This document shows, one piece after another, positions 30,905 through 40,980 of a stretch of 64,000 nucleotides of DNA. The notes beneath the pieces were generated by a model. It made no database searches and had not been told where the DNA came from. It saw nothing but the letters and a program-made list of their open reading frames with translations. The stretch spans positions 704,001 through 768,000 of the forward strand of contig OY969561.1 in NCBI GenBank assembly GCA_963701085.1, given 5' to 3'. Within the stretch, counting starts at the first letter, position 1. Each line of letters opens with the position of its first letter. Origin of the DNA: an uncultured bacterium (GTDB lineage Bacteria > Babelota > Babeliae > Babelales > Vermiphilaceae). A program made the position numbers and the translations under genes.

Positions 30905-32125
30905 TCAAAAAATACCAAGCGTTTTTGTCATATCATCACCAGTAGCAAGTTTTTCAAGCCCGTAAAGTGTAATATTTTCTGCTAATGGAAATGTTTCAGT
31001 TCCCGGGTAAACAACCACCAAGTGATCCAGTTTTAAATCTACCAACGCAATCCGCATAGATTTAGTAATTTTTGGTGCGTCAGCATACTTAAATTCAAAT
31101 CCTATTCGCTTATTATTCTTTATAATCAACAGATCTAACTCAGCATCCGCTTGTGTTGCCCAGAAATAGCAATCCAATGCGGTAGCGCCAGAAGCTGCAA
31201 TAATTTCTTCTAACGCAAAGCCTTCCCAAAAAGCTCCTAATCGAGGATTAATATACAACTGATCTTTGGTTGTAAGCTCAATTAACGCGTATAAAATACC
31301 CGTATCTCTGAAATAAATTTTTGGCGATTTAACCTGTCTTTTTTGTATGCTTTCAAACCAAGGAGATAAACTACGTACCATAAACGTACCAGCCAAAATA
31401 TCAAGATATTTACGCACAATATGATCTGATACTCCTAATGACCTACCAATTTCACTCGCATTAAATGTTTGTCCATGATAATGCACAAGCATTAACCAAA
31501 ACCTCCGCATTTGTGGTGCGGGAATATCAAACCCAAGGCTTGGAATATCCCTTTCTAAAAATGTAGAAATATAGCTACGCCGCCATAAATAACTATCAGC
31601 ATCATTCTCCGCTAAATACGAATTAGGAAATCCACCACGCAACCACAAACGTGTGCTATCTTTTACTTCATATAACGTAAATGGTGGTAATTCAATATAG
31701 CCAATACGTCCTGCAAGCGTTTCTGATGATTGATTAATAAGATCTCGCGACGCGCTGCCTAAAATCAAAAACTTTTTTTGTTTAGCCTTTATTTCTTGAT
31801 TATGTGCAAGATTTTGCTCATCCAATGGAATACGTGTTGAATCAACAAGCACTCGCAGCACCGGAAACAACTCTGGTCGTCTTTGAATTTCATCAATAAC
31901 AATCAACTGTTGTGAGACACTTTGCAAAGCAAACATCGGGTTGTCTAAACGTGCTAAATCTAATGGATTTTCCAAATCAAAAAAATACGCGTCGCCCGGA
32001 AAGTACTTTTCAACATACATTTTGGCAAGTGTAGTTTTACCAACCTGCCGCGGTCCAAGCAATGCACAGACGGGATTTACCCGGAATTGGGCATCAATAG
32101 CATCTAAAAATCTTTCTCTATTCAT
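30905..32125 (-). CDS. AAA_14 ATPase with DUF4143 / PD-(D/E)xK C-terminus
   Basis: GPRQVGKTT, IDEIQ, LGSAS, ETLAGR, GGFP, K.PKIYF.DTG and ELDL...FEFK motifs. Confidence 0.92.
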   Translation of the reverse strand: MNRERFLDAIDAQFRVNPVCALLGPRQVGKTTLAKMYVEKYFPGDAYFFDLENPLDLARLDNPMFALQSVSQQLIVIDEIQRRPELFPVLRVLVDSTRIPLDEQNLAHNQEIKAKQKKFLILGSASRDLINQSSETLAGRIGYIELPPFTLYEVKDSTRLWLRGGFPNSYLAENDADSYLWRRSYISTFLERDIPSLGFDIPAPQMRRFWLMLVHYHGQTFNASEIGRSLGVSDHIVRKYLDILAGTFMVRSLSPWFESIQKRQVKSPKIYFRDTGILYALIELTTKDQLYINPRLGAFWEGFALEEIIAASGATALDCYFWATQADAELDLLIIKNNKRIGFEFKYADAPKITKSMRIALVDLKLDHLVVVYPGTETFPLAENITLYGLEKLATGDDMTKTLGIF

Positions 32126-32127
32126 AA

Positions 32128-32176
32128 AAAACTCCTTGTAATTTTGGAATCTAATTTAGAATTTACAAGGAGTTTT
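32128..32176 (-). promoter_or_regulatory. Perfect 14-bp inverted repeat covering the SD of the AAA_14 gene
   Basis: AAAACTCCTTGTAA (32128-32141) ... TTACAAGGAGTTTT (32163-32176). Confidence 0.65.
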
Positions 32177-32244
32177 GGATAAAAGCAAGTATTTTTACCC
32201 CAAATGAACAATTTTGACTAGTGGTCGCACAACCTGTGCAACTA

Positions 32245-33168
32245 TTAAAAATGCATAACTAAACGCATAATCCAACTTATTCCTTGCGGACGGTTGCGTG
32301 CACCAGCTTCGAGGTACAAATATCCTAAAAAGACAAGGTCTTGTGTACAAAAATAAGCGGCACCAGGACCTATGCCAAACACACGCTCTTTACTATCAGG
32401 CACCGAAACACCCAATGCATGATTATTGTGCAACTGCTGTAATGCATAGCCAACTGCTGCTATATAAAATTTAGGAAATGCTTCATATGCCAAACTATAA
32501 TTGAGAGACGTTGCATCACCGGCTTGGAAATTAATTTTTTCGTTGCGTGCACTCCAAATATAATACCAACGCCACGATAAGCTCCATCTGTGAGAAAGAA
32601 ACAATGTAGCAGCCCAATACAAATCACAATTAAAAAAAGTATCACTGGGGTTGATATTTTTTTCTGGCAACTTATTTTTACCGAACGGTATTGAAAAATC
32701 AAATTGAAGACGATGCACAAAAAAAGGCCGTCCTTTGCGCTCAATAGGATTCCATTGATTGTAAAGACCAAACCCTAAATTACCAAAACCACCGCCACTA
32801 CTTTCAAAGGCAAACTCATTTTTTCCAATGTGTGAATACATCACCAGCGGTAATCCTAGAGCAACTCCTGGCACGGCATTCCATGGAAACTGATATTCAA
32901 ACTGGTACGCAAATTCAGTAATAGTCTCAAGATGCCTAAAACGAGGAGAAGGAACACCACCTAATGGCTTTCCTTCTCCATTTAAAAATCGATGCGTAGT
33001 ATAATATTGCGCATACTGCAACCAATACCATCCTGGCTTTGGCCGAATTGGACCACCATCAAGAATATTAGTAAATCCTAAATCAAGACCTGGCAATCCA
33101 TAACCAACAAGAATGTGGGTAAAAAAAAGAAGAGCACATAGTGCCGTATATTTTTTATAATGCATCAT
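32245..33168 (-). CDS. SphA / MetA-pathway-like outer-membrane beta-barrel
   Basis: LG.T..LDG, GY..QQ, ERVFGIGPG and RPQG motifs; C-terminal Phe. Confidence 0.75.
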   Translation of the reverse strand: MMHYKKYTALCALLFFTHILVGYGLPGLDLGFTNILDGGPIRPKPGWYWLQYAQYYTTHRFLNGEGKPLGGVPSPRFRHLETITEFAYQFEYQFPWNAVPGVALGLPLVMYSHIGKNEFAFESSGGGFGNLGFGLYNQWNPIERKGRPFFVHRLQFDFSIPFGKNKLPEKNINPSDTFFNCDLYWAATLFLSHRWSLSWRWYYIWSARNEKINFQAGDATSLNYSLAYEAFPKFYIAAVGYALQQLHNNHALGVSVPDSKERVFGIGPGAAYFCTQDLVFLGYLYLEAGARNRPQGISWIMRLVMHF

Positions 33169-33185
33169 ATGTGCTCATGTATTAA

Positions 33186-33683
33186 TTATAAAAAATTAAG
33201 CACAGGTTGCTCAACAAGTTTTTTATCTCTGAAAGTGTCGTAATATTCATCATCAAACAATGCTGCTTGCAACATTTCATCTTCAAGTTCCATTTCCTCT
33301 TCAGCATCTTCTTCATCTTCACCATCAAAAATAAATAAGGTCTCATCAAAATCAACATCACCTAGCTGATCCATTCCAAATCGCGCAAAAGCCTTTGCTT
33401 TATATTTATTGAATACTGAACGAACTGATTCATTTTGAGAGAGAACATAAAAAAGCAATCCGGTAAGCACCACCATTGTTTGACCTGGACACTTTTTAAA
33501 ACATGCTGCAACCATTGCAAACGGAAGCAAGTTAGTGAGTTTATCAATCAACGGAACATTATTAACATTTTCAATGGATTCACCAAACCCAATAAGATGA
33601 TTGCGCAATCCATCCATCGCCTTGAGATTACCACCCAAACACAACATTCCTAACAGAATAGCTAATACCATACGCTTCATCAT
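33186..33683 (-). CDS. Exported/membrane hypothetical protein with an acidic tail
   Basis: Signal ...NLKA-MD; SD AAGGAG. Confidence 0.7.
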   Translation of the reverse strand: MMKRMVLAILLGMLCLGGNLKAMDGLRNHLIGFGESIENVNNVPLIDKLTNLLPFAMVAACFKKCPGQTMVVLTGLLFYVLSQNESVRSVFNKYKAKAFARFGMDQLGDVDFDETLFIFDGEDEEDAEEEMELEDEMLQAALFDDEYYDTFRDKKLVEQPVLNFL

Positions 33684-33864
33684 AGCGAGCTCCTTTTTTT
33701 TATGAGATATTATTTACGATAGCAGTAAAAAACTATCACTATTGCTGCTATTGTCAACACAGCATATAACAAATTCATAACCTTGACTTACATAACAGCA
33801 AAAGGCAAAACTATTTTAAAATTACCCTAACTTTTATAACAATAAACAAGTATCATATAACCCT

Positions 33865-34344
33865 ATGCTTTACTTCAATGACACAAAATATAACCTTTTT
33901 TTTGCCTTACTCATAACAGTACTACTGTTGATAGACGTGGGGCAGTTTTTTTTAATTGGAACAACAGTCATTCCACTTCTTTTGTGCATTTATTGCGCAT
34001 TACTCTGCTGCGCTCTGCGATACAAAACTCTTTCATTAATCGCATTATTGCAATGCCTTGAATCTTTTTGTTTTTATAATTTTTTCTCACTTGCCTTCAT
34101 ATACCTCATTCCAATAACAGCACTCGCTCTTTTTTTCAAAAAATATTTATATCCCTCACGTACCCACAGCATTGCTCTTGCACTAACGGGCATCCTTATC
34201 CAAATTTATGCGGTTGAAGGCCCTTTTTTGCATATCTGGCCAACAAATTACTATACAATTATGAGAATTAGTGGTACACTACTTATAACAATATGTTTCT
34301 CTTTGACAATAAATATTTGGGGTATGCAAGACAATCGCGCGTAA
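33865..34344 (+). CDS. Multi-pass membrane protein (size and hydrophobicity reminiscent of MreD; unconfirmed)
   Basis: 159-aa hydrophobic ORF whose last codons overlap the rnpB 5' end. Confidence 0.6.
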   Translation: MLYFNDTKYNLFFALLITVLLLIDVGQFFLIGTTVIPLLLCIYCALLCCALRYKTLSLIALLQCLESFCFYNFFSLAFIYLIPITALALFFKKYLYPSRTHSIALALTGILIQIYAVEGPFLHIWPTNYYTIMRISGTLLITICFSLTINIWGMQDNRA

Positions 34345-34750
34345 ATCTTAGATTTACGGGAGGAAAGTCCGGACTTCCAATGAACATGGTACCTACGGAG
34401 AGAATGGCCTCATAACCATTTTGCAACGTAGGAGAGCGTAAGCTCATGGAAAGTGCCACAGAAAATAACCGCTACCGTCTTAAGAATAACTTCTTAAAAC
34501 GGGTACCTAATTGTAACGCTAGTGAAAATTGGGTTTTAAGTAAGGGTGAAAACGTGCGGTAAGAGCGCACGGTTATGCATAGCAATATGTATAAAGGGCA
34601 AACCCTACCAGAAGCAAGACAAAAAAGCGTGTGTCGCGGTCGTTCATTCCGTATTAACACGCGGGTACGTCGCATAGATAAATGGTTGTCAGCCTGACAA
34701 ATGCTGCACTGCATAATCAGGCCACAAAATCCGGCTTACTGCAAACCCCA
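34319..34750 (+). ncRNA. rnpB: RNase P RNA (type A-derived)
   Basis: GAGGAAAGTCCGG, AGTGCCACAGAAA, GGTGAAA..GGTAAGAG, GGCAAACCC, AGCAAG, TAGATAAATG and ACAAAATCCGGCTTA; P1 is GGGGTATGCA/TGCAAACCCC. Confidence 0.97.
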
Positions 34751-34829
34751 AAAGTGCCAATCTCATACACCCTGCTCCGCTACTGCTGCACAGGGTGGTT
34801 TAAGGCAAAAAAAAACAAGAGTTTCACCC

Positions 34830-35537
34830 GTGAACCAAAATATAAAAAATTACCTCTGGATGATTCCATTCCTCAGCTTTACGTGTGGCTACATTATAAT
34901 GCAGCATATTTTTCGCGCACCAGAAAGCATCACCCCGCATCTTGTTGGTAAACAAGTACATGAAATTCTTCCTCTTATCACACAGCACAAACTTAACATT
35001 CGCTTAATCGATCATAAAGAAGAAGCCGATCTTCCTGAAGGTGTCATTCTTAATCAAACACCAGCAGCTGGTACCGCAATTAAACCAAACCAACCGCTCT
35101 TTATCGTTACAACAAAAAAACCATTAACTGCTCGTGCTGCTGAATGTGTTGGCATACATATTAATAAACTAACACATGATCTGCTAACCTCAGGCATCCA
35201 CCCCCGCATCTATCATCTACCACACCCATATCCAGAAAACATATGCTTTGCGCAATCGCCACAGCCCAATGAACCACTTGAAAAAAATAGACTTATTTTA
35301 TACATTTCATCAGGAAACAATAAACCAATTATTTGGCCTGATTTTACCGGTATACCGTTGCAACACGTGGTTGAATTTCTCCATAATTACAACATAGAAC
35401 CACACATTATTAACGATGCTCCCCATAAACAGCATACTCATACTGAATACATCGTTACCGACCAACGGCCCTTTGCAGGAACACTATTAACACTAGATGA
35501 AGCAAAGCCATCATCAGTACAACTACGAATACACTGA
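34830..35537 (+). CDS. PASTA domain-containing membrane protein
   Basis: TM anchor then three PASTA-like repeats (PHLVGK..G.ILNQTP.AG; PDFTG..V..Q.P..G). GTG start chosen downstream of rnpB. Confidence 0.8.
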   Translation: MNQNIKNYLWMIPFLSFTCGYIIMQHIFRAPESITPHLVGKQVHEILPLITQHKLNIRLIDHKEEADLPEGVILNQTPAAGTAIKPNQPLFIVTTKKPLTARAAECVGIHINKLTHDLLTSGIHPRIYHLPHPYPENICFAQSPQPNEPLEKNRLILYISSGNNKPIIWPDFTGIPLQHVVEFLHNYNIEPHIINDAPHKQHTHTEYIVTDQRPFAGTLLTLDEAKPSSVQLRIH

Positions 35538-35548
35538 ATAGGATTATC

Positions 35549-36208
35549 ATGAACAAACCAAATTTTTCACCGGACACACATATATTTCTCTGGGATCTGC
35601 ATGATGTTATTCTTGAAAAAAGTCTCTGGAGCTGGTTTATGGTCTGTATGCGTTTTAAACGTAAAGAAGAACTCGTAAGCCGTCTTGATAAAAAAACTCT
35701 TTCTATCGCGTTTACGTTTTTGCTCGAACGCTTAAAATTAACAAAAAAACAGATGGTCAGTGAAGAGCTCATCAAAGCTGCGCAAGATGCTGATAACGAT
35801 GCGCTTGTGGAACTCACCATGAAAGCATGTTCTTCATACAGCCCCATCAAGAAAACCGTTGCTCTTATGCATGAACTTTCCAAACTTGGGTACACCCATC
35901 ATCTTGGTTCCAATATTGGCAAAACAGTATTTGATGATTGCACTGAAAAATTTCCAACAATTTTTGGTCTTTTTAAAGAATTCACCATCCCATTTGAATC
36001 TGAAGACTTAAATATCGTAAAAAAACCACACCCAGATTTCTTCAATGCTCACACGGAAAAATATAACTTACAACCAGAACAGATTATTTTTATCGACGAC
36101 AAGCTTGCAAATGTGACTGCCGCACAAGTAGTTGGTATGCACGCAATTCATTTTAAAAATGCGCGACAATTACGTAAAGAACTTCATACATTAAATATAT
36201 TAAAATAA
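35549..36208 (+). CDS. HAD-superfamily hydrolase
   Basis: WDLHDV, SN, KP.P and FIDD...NV..A...GM motifs. Confidence 0.85.
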   Translation: MNKPNFSPDTHIFLWDLHDVILEKSLWSWFMVCMRFKRKEELVSRLDKKTLSIAFTFLLERLKLTKKQMVSEELIKAAQDADNDALVELTMKACSSYSPIKKTVALMHELSKLGYTHHLGSNIGKTVFDDCTEKFPTIFGLFKEFTIPFESEDLNIVKKPHPDFFNAHTEKYNLQPEQIIFIDDKLANVTAAQVVGMHAIHFKNARQLRKELHTLNILK

Positions 36209-36213
36209 ACAAA

Positions 36214-36822
36214 ATGAACATTATCAAAGTATCTTTTTATCAAAAAATCTTTTTTTTCACATCACTCAGCATAACAACACATACAACCGCAATGTTAACC
36301 TATCACAACCACCACTATCCTTACACCCAGCATGCTGCTCAAATAATACAGTACTTGAATCACCAAATTCTCGATGAAATATATTTTCGCAATGCCGCAC
36401 TGCACAATGATAACCTAACACTCATCCGCCTCATTAACAATGGTATTAATATTAATGCCCAAGATGCTGGCACGGGCAATAATGCTTTACATATAGCAAG
36501 CGAACTTGGTTATATTGAAATAGTAGAAACTCTTCTTATACACAGAGCCCGCGTTAACATAAAAAATAGATTAGGGTGCACACCACTGCATTTCGCAATA
36601 TCTTCACAACGAAGCATTGCATGTGTTAACCTATTAATTAAATATGGAGCTCATCAAAGAATAAAAAATTGCCTTAATTATTGTCCTGATAACTACCTTG
36701 CAAATGAAGTGGGCCAAACTCCCATTGAAGGAATCAACAAAAATAAAACTGCTTTTTTAGCTGCTGCTCATGCAACATTGTTATGCAAGCGCCTTGAAAT
36801 GCTTGAATTATTTGGTTATTAA
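36214..36822 (+). CDS. Exported ankyrin-repeat protein
   Basis: Signal ...TTA-M; GNNALHIAS and GCTPLHFA repeats. Confidence 0.85.
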   Translation: MNIIKVSFYQKIFFFTSLSITTHTTAMLTYHNHHYPYTQHAAQIIQYLNHQILDEIYFRNAALHNDNLTLIRLINNGININAQDAGTGNNALHIASELGYIEIVETLLIHRARVNIKNRLGCTPLHFAISSQRSIACVNLLIKYGAHQRIKNCLNYCPDNYLANEVGQTPIEGINKNKTAFLAAAHATLLCKRLEMLELFGY

Positions 36823-36899
36823 CTCAAACTGCTTTCCCATGCAGCAACAGCAATTTCTAGCTCTTTTTTTAAGTCAGTCAATTTTTTTTGCGAATCATT
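36818..36899 (-). repeat. 82-bp displaced copy of the ABC-F 3' end
   Basis: Matches 37867..37948 with 2 mismatches. Confidence 0.92.
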
Positions 36900-37019
36900 T
36901 TTATATAGTTTCAACAAAATATAAAATATCTTGAAAAACAATTTTATTTTTACTAGTTTAAACAAAGAATGAAACAGATATTGTTTCGATAATAACCTCA
37001 ATAATCAAAAAAAGGAGTA

Positions 37020-37772
37020 TTGATTATGAAATTGATGTATTCTGGTCTTGCAGCTGTCAGCATGATGGCTTTTATGCAAATGGATGCAAAACGTGATCCT
37101 ATTGATCGTGATAAAATTCCTGGAACTTATATAAGCGAATATTTCGAAACTACAACATCATCAGGAGATCTGGTTGATATTCGAAGTGAACTACTCGTTC
37201 TTCATGCTGATGGAACAGCAGCAAGATATATCAGCACATCAATCGGCTCTTCTCTCGCATCACAAAATAATAATGGAATTGAAATGACACCTTCCTTTGG
37301 AACATGGGAAGTAGATTCCAAGCATAATACGGTAAAAGCGGTATTTTTTGACTGGTTTAACTTTGCTCCTTGTGATACAGCTAGCACTTGCGGCGATAGT
37401 GTGCCTTGTCTTAGTACTTGTCCACCAGCAGATCAAGTAATTTCTTACGAGTATGATCGTATTACCTATACTATTAAATTTTCAGATATTGAAGATTGCA
37501 AATATCAGCGTGCTTGCGCAAATGAACTCCTCTGGGGGATTTTAATAAGCTCATGCCAAGACAATGAAAACCCTCTTGATTTTAGTGGGGCGGGTTGTAC
37601 GAATCTTGCTACCTATAACCATCCGTTTTTGGCTTTGAAATCAACAAGATATTTGGAAAAAAATGATCTTATTGATCCGACTGCAAATGCCCTTTCACGG
37701 AAGAACATTATCTTCCATCGTGTGAATACGCAGGAAGACTTTGTATATCCATCAAGTCCATCATGCAAATAA
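37020..37772 (+). CDS. Exported cysteine-rich hypothetical protein (beta-barrel-like: GTY, L..DGT, GTW)
   Basis: SD AAGGAG, signal peptide, about 9 Cys. Confidence 0.75.
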   Translation: MIMKLMYSGLAAVSMMAFMQMDAKRDPIDRDKIPGTYISEYFETTTSSGDLVDIRSELLVLHADGTAARYISTSIGSSLASQNNNGIEMTPSFGTWEVDSKHNTVKAVFFDWFNFAPCDTASTCGDSVPCLSTCPPADQVISYEYDRITYTIKFSDIEDCKYQRACANELLWGILISSCQDNENPLDFSGAGCTNLATYNHPFLALKSTRYLEKNDLIDPTANALSRKNIIFHRVNTQEDFVYPSSPSCK

Positions 37773-37811
37773 GATAATTAAGCATTCGCTCGACTCACGT
37801 TTATATAAGCA

Positions 37812-37842
37812 AACGCCAATCTATGAATCATAGATTGGCGTT
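37812..37842. terminator. Bidirectional terminator-like palindrome
   Basis: AACGCCAATCTATGAATCATAGATTGGCGTT. Confidence 0.75.
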
Positions 37843-37867
37843 GTGCTTTTATAAACTAAATCAAACA

Positions 37868-39742
37868 TTAACTCAAACTGTTTTCCCATGCAGCAACAGC
37901 AATTTCTAGCTCTTTTTTTAAGTCAGTCAGTTTTTTTTGCGAATCATTAAATTTTGGCGTGCCAAATACTAAATCAGCAAAACTGTTTTCAGTTCTTTTA
38001 ATTTCATGCTCAAGCTTTTGAATGGTTCGCTCTAACACTTTGACATCTGATGATGATAATGCTGCTTTTTTTGGTGCAGCAACATCTTCTTTTTTGTTAT
38101 TTACTTTTTTAGGAGCAGATGTATCTGATGATTGGCTTTTTTGCGATTCCTGTTGTTTTTGGTACAAGTATAATTCATAATTACCTTGATACTCTTTAGC
38201 GCCATCAACACTGAGTTCAACAATATCAGTTGCTAACTTATTAACAAAATCCTGATCATGCGAAACAAATAAAATAGTACCCTGATACGCTTGCAGTGCC
38301 GTCAGCAAAATATCTTTTGATTGAATATCCAAATGGTTGGTCGGTTCATCAAGAAGCAAAAGATTAGCATTTTGGAGCAATACTTTGATCATACCAACAC
38401 GGTTTTTTTCACCACCACTGAGCACACCAACTTTTTTAAGAATAGAATCTTTGGTAAACAAAAATGAACCAGCAAAGGCTCTAATTTTTTGCTCAACCAC
38501 TTTTGGGCATGCTTCAGTAATGTTTTCTAAAATGGTTTTATCCATTGCCAATGATGCCGTCTGATCCTGATCAAAAACTGTGCTCAATACGTTGTACCCA
38601 ACAGTAACTTTACCATCCATCAACGGTAATTTTTGTGCAATTAAATTAAATAAAGTTGTTTTACCAACACCGTTAGAAGCAACCAATGCAATTTTCTGAC
38701 CTTTTTGAACTTCAAAAGAAACATCTTTAAATATTTGCTTTGGGCCAAATGCATGGCCAACATCTTCAATAGTAAGCACCACACTTCCCGATTGTTGAAT
38801 AGGAGGGAAGTTAAAGTTAATATCCGGCGCTTTAGGAGGGAGCTCAATACGCTCAACCTTATCTAACGCCTTCATCATACTCTGCGCCATGCTTGCTTTA
38901 CTTGCTTTAGCCTTAAAACGCTCGATTGTTTCAGTTTTTTGCTTAATATCGCGCTGCTGATTTTTGTACTGCATTTCTAATAATGCTTCATCATGCGCTT
39001 TTTGCTTTTCATACTGGTTGTAATCACCGACGTACAGCTTACCTTTGCCACGTTCAATTTCAAAAATTTCAGTACATAACTGATTCAAAAAATAACGATC
39101 ATGGCAAACAAGCACAAATCCAAATGGCGCACGCTTTAAAAACTGTAAAAACCAGTCTTTTGCAACAATATCCAAATGGTTAGTGGGTTCATCGAATAGA
39201 TAGAAGTCAGCTTTTTGCAATAACAACTTAGCAAGCACAATACGCATTTTCCAGCCAACACTGAGCGTTGCCACCGGTTCATCAAACTGCTCTGGCTTAA
39301 AGCCTAAGCCCATAAGAACTTTTTTAGCCTCTGCGCGCATGCCTTCTTGATCAACATGAAGTAACTTTTCACACACAATAGCATACCGCTCAAGGAGCTC
39401 ATCCAAATCATCCGGATTAGTATCGAGTTGGGCTTCTATTGCCTTTTGTTCGTCCAATAGCTTTGCTACATGAGCAAAAGAGGTATATGTTTCTTCTACA
39501 ATCGATTTATCTGATGTCAATACTACATCCTGAGATAAGTAGGCAATTGACTTGCCTTTTTGTATTGAAACAGCGCCTTTATCAAGCTGCTGCTGACCCG
39601 CAATTACTTTAAGCAAGGTTGATTTACCTGAACCATTCCTTCCGACCAATCCAATGCGTTGATCGTGGTCAAAAACAAAGGAAATATCATCAAAAATAAC
39701 CTGCTGAATCATCTCTAAACAAACATTATATCCATTAATCAT
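37868..39742 (-). CDS. ABC-F family ATPase
   Basis: Two NBDs (GRNGSGKST, DEPTNHLD; NGVGKTT, LSGGE), linker and coiled-coil tail; no TM segments. Confidence 0.95.
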   Translation of the reverse strand: MINGYNVCLEMIQQVIFDDISFVFDHDQRIGLVGRNGSGKSTLLKVIAGQQQLDKGAVSIQKGKSIAYLSQDVVLTSDKSIVEETYTSFAHVAKLLDEQKAIEAQLDTNPDDLDELLERYAIVCEKLLHVDQEGMRAEAKKVLMGLGFKPEQFDEPVATLSVGWKMRIVLAKLLLQKADFYLFDEPTNHLDIVAKDWFLQFLKRAPFGFVLVCHDRYFLNQLCTEIFEIERGKGKLYVGDYNQYEKQKAHDEALLEMQYKNQQRDIKQKTETIERFKAKASKASMAQSMMKALDKVERIELPPKAPDINFNFPPIQQSGSVVLTIEDVGHAFGPKQIFKDVSFEVQKGQKIALVASNGVGKTTLFNLIAQKLPLMDGKVTVGYNVLSTVFDQDQTASLAMDKTILENITEACPKVVEQKIRAFAGSFLFTKDSILKKVGVLSGGEKNRVGMIKVLLQNANLLLLDEPTNHLDIQSKDILLTALQAYQGTILFVSHDQDFVNKLATDIVELSVDGAKEYQGNYELYLYQKQQESQKSQSSDTSAPKKVNNKKEDVAAPKKAALSSSDVKVLERTIQKLEHEIKRTENSFADLVFGTPKFNDSQKKLTDLKKELEIAVAAWENSLS

Positions 39743-39880
39743 GCGTTAATTCCTCTAAAAAATCGGTATTTTCTATCCCCCAATAAGGATAGCATACCAT
39801 GAAAATTACTATTTGGATACCCCAAAACCCCCTTTTATCACATTATATTCATCATTAAACAAACTATTATGGCAATATTA

Positions 39881-39910
39881 TTGACTATGAGAAAATTATT
39901 TATCTATAAT
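39881..39910 (+). promoter_or_regulatory. Putative sigma70 promoter of the ankyrin array
   Basis: TTGACT-N18-TATAAT. Confidence 0.5.
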
Positions 39911-39954
39911 TAAACATGAGAATTATAGTTTTTTAGAAAAAAAAGGATTGTTTC

Positions 39955-40968
39955 ATGAAGTTATCACAAAAAAGTAACCCTGCTGCAACAAGACACGCTT
40001 TAATCGCACTATTACTCGCTGCGATCACTTTTAACGCCTATGGCATGAAAAGATCTATAGAATCACCGCAAACAGAAAACCAACCAATAATAGGACGTGC
40101 CCAATTACCCAGCGGGGAATGGGTAGATATTGTTGGCCTAATACTCAATCAGAATGCGCCAATGAAACTATTATTAACAAACTTTAAATTCAATGAATTA
40201 TTCCCAGAATTGCGAAAACATATCATTTTTTTCCTCAGCTCATATACAAATGCTAAATCACTCAAAAAAGCTGCATTTACCATTAACTCTCTTGCTCAAG
40301 TGGATAAAGAAATAAATCAACTCATTAATGATCCCCATTTTTGCCTAAAAAATATAAAATATCTTGCGCAAAAATTCAAACAATCTGATGAAAAAGTAGC
40401 CAAGATTTTACAAACTAAAGCAGCCAAAGAACGTTCTGCTTTGCAAAATAAACTTTACTATCTAATGTTAAAAGTTGAACAGCAGTCACAGGAATTAATA
40501 GATACACTTAATCTCTTATGTGAACAAGGCATCGATTTGAATTATATCTACAATATACCTGATGACATATGGACCACAGAGGACATCCCCTGCCCAGGAA
40601 TGACAGCTCTAATGACTGCGGTAGAAAATAATAACCTTACTCACCTCAAGGCACTTCTTGCAAAAGGTGCCAATATCAATGGAACTAATCAGTGTGGAAG
40701 AACTGCATTAATGATTGCTGCGCGGATGAATGATCACAAAGATGCTGTTCAACTTCTTATCAACGACCCCAAAATCAATATCAATCAGCAAGAATTAGCG
40801 TATGGCGACACAGCTCTCTATTTTGCATGCACAAACAATAATATAGACATTGTAGAAATTCTTCTTAACGCCGGTGCTGATCCAGAATTTTACGATATAT
40901 CAGCTGTTGAAGAAAAAGTTGAGAACTTACTTCGAGATGCGATAGATAAAAAACATGGGTATAAATAA
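39955..40968 (+). CDS. Exported F-box-like/ankyrin protein (array gene 1)
   Basis: Signal ..AYG-M; FNELFPELRKHII..L..INSLAQV; ankyrin repeats. Confidence 0.85.
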   Translation: MKLSQKSNPAATRHALIALLLAAITFNAYGMKRSIESPQTENQPIIGRAQLPSGEWVDIVGLILNQNAPMKLLLTNFKFNELFPELRKHIIFFLSSYTNAKSLKKAAFTINSLAQVDKEINQLINDPHFCLKNIKYLAQKFKQSDEKVAKILQTKAAKERSALQNKLYYLMLKVEQQSQELIDTLNLLCEQGIDLNYIYNIPDDIWTTEDIPCPGMTALMTAVENNNLTHLKALLAKGANINGTNQCGRTALMIAARMNDHKDAVQLLINDPKININQQELAYGDTALYFACTNNNIDIVEILLNAGADPEFYDISAVEEKVENLLRDAIDKKHGYK

Positions 40969-40980
40969 AGGATCACAATC

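Noticed and set aside
34472-34829. ORFs 34472..34714 and 34682..34951, and the 5' extension of 34701..35537
   Set aside because: They overlap rnpB or the PASTA gene; GTG 34830 gives a sensible start.
36819-37001. 60-aa ORF as an independent gene
   Set aside because: It is the displaced ABC-F tail fused to AT-rich intergenic sequence.
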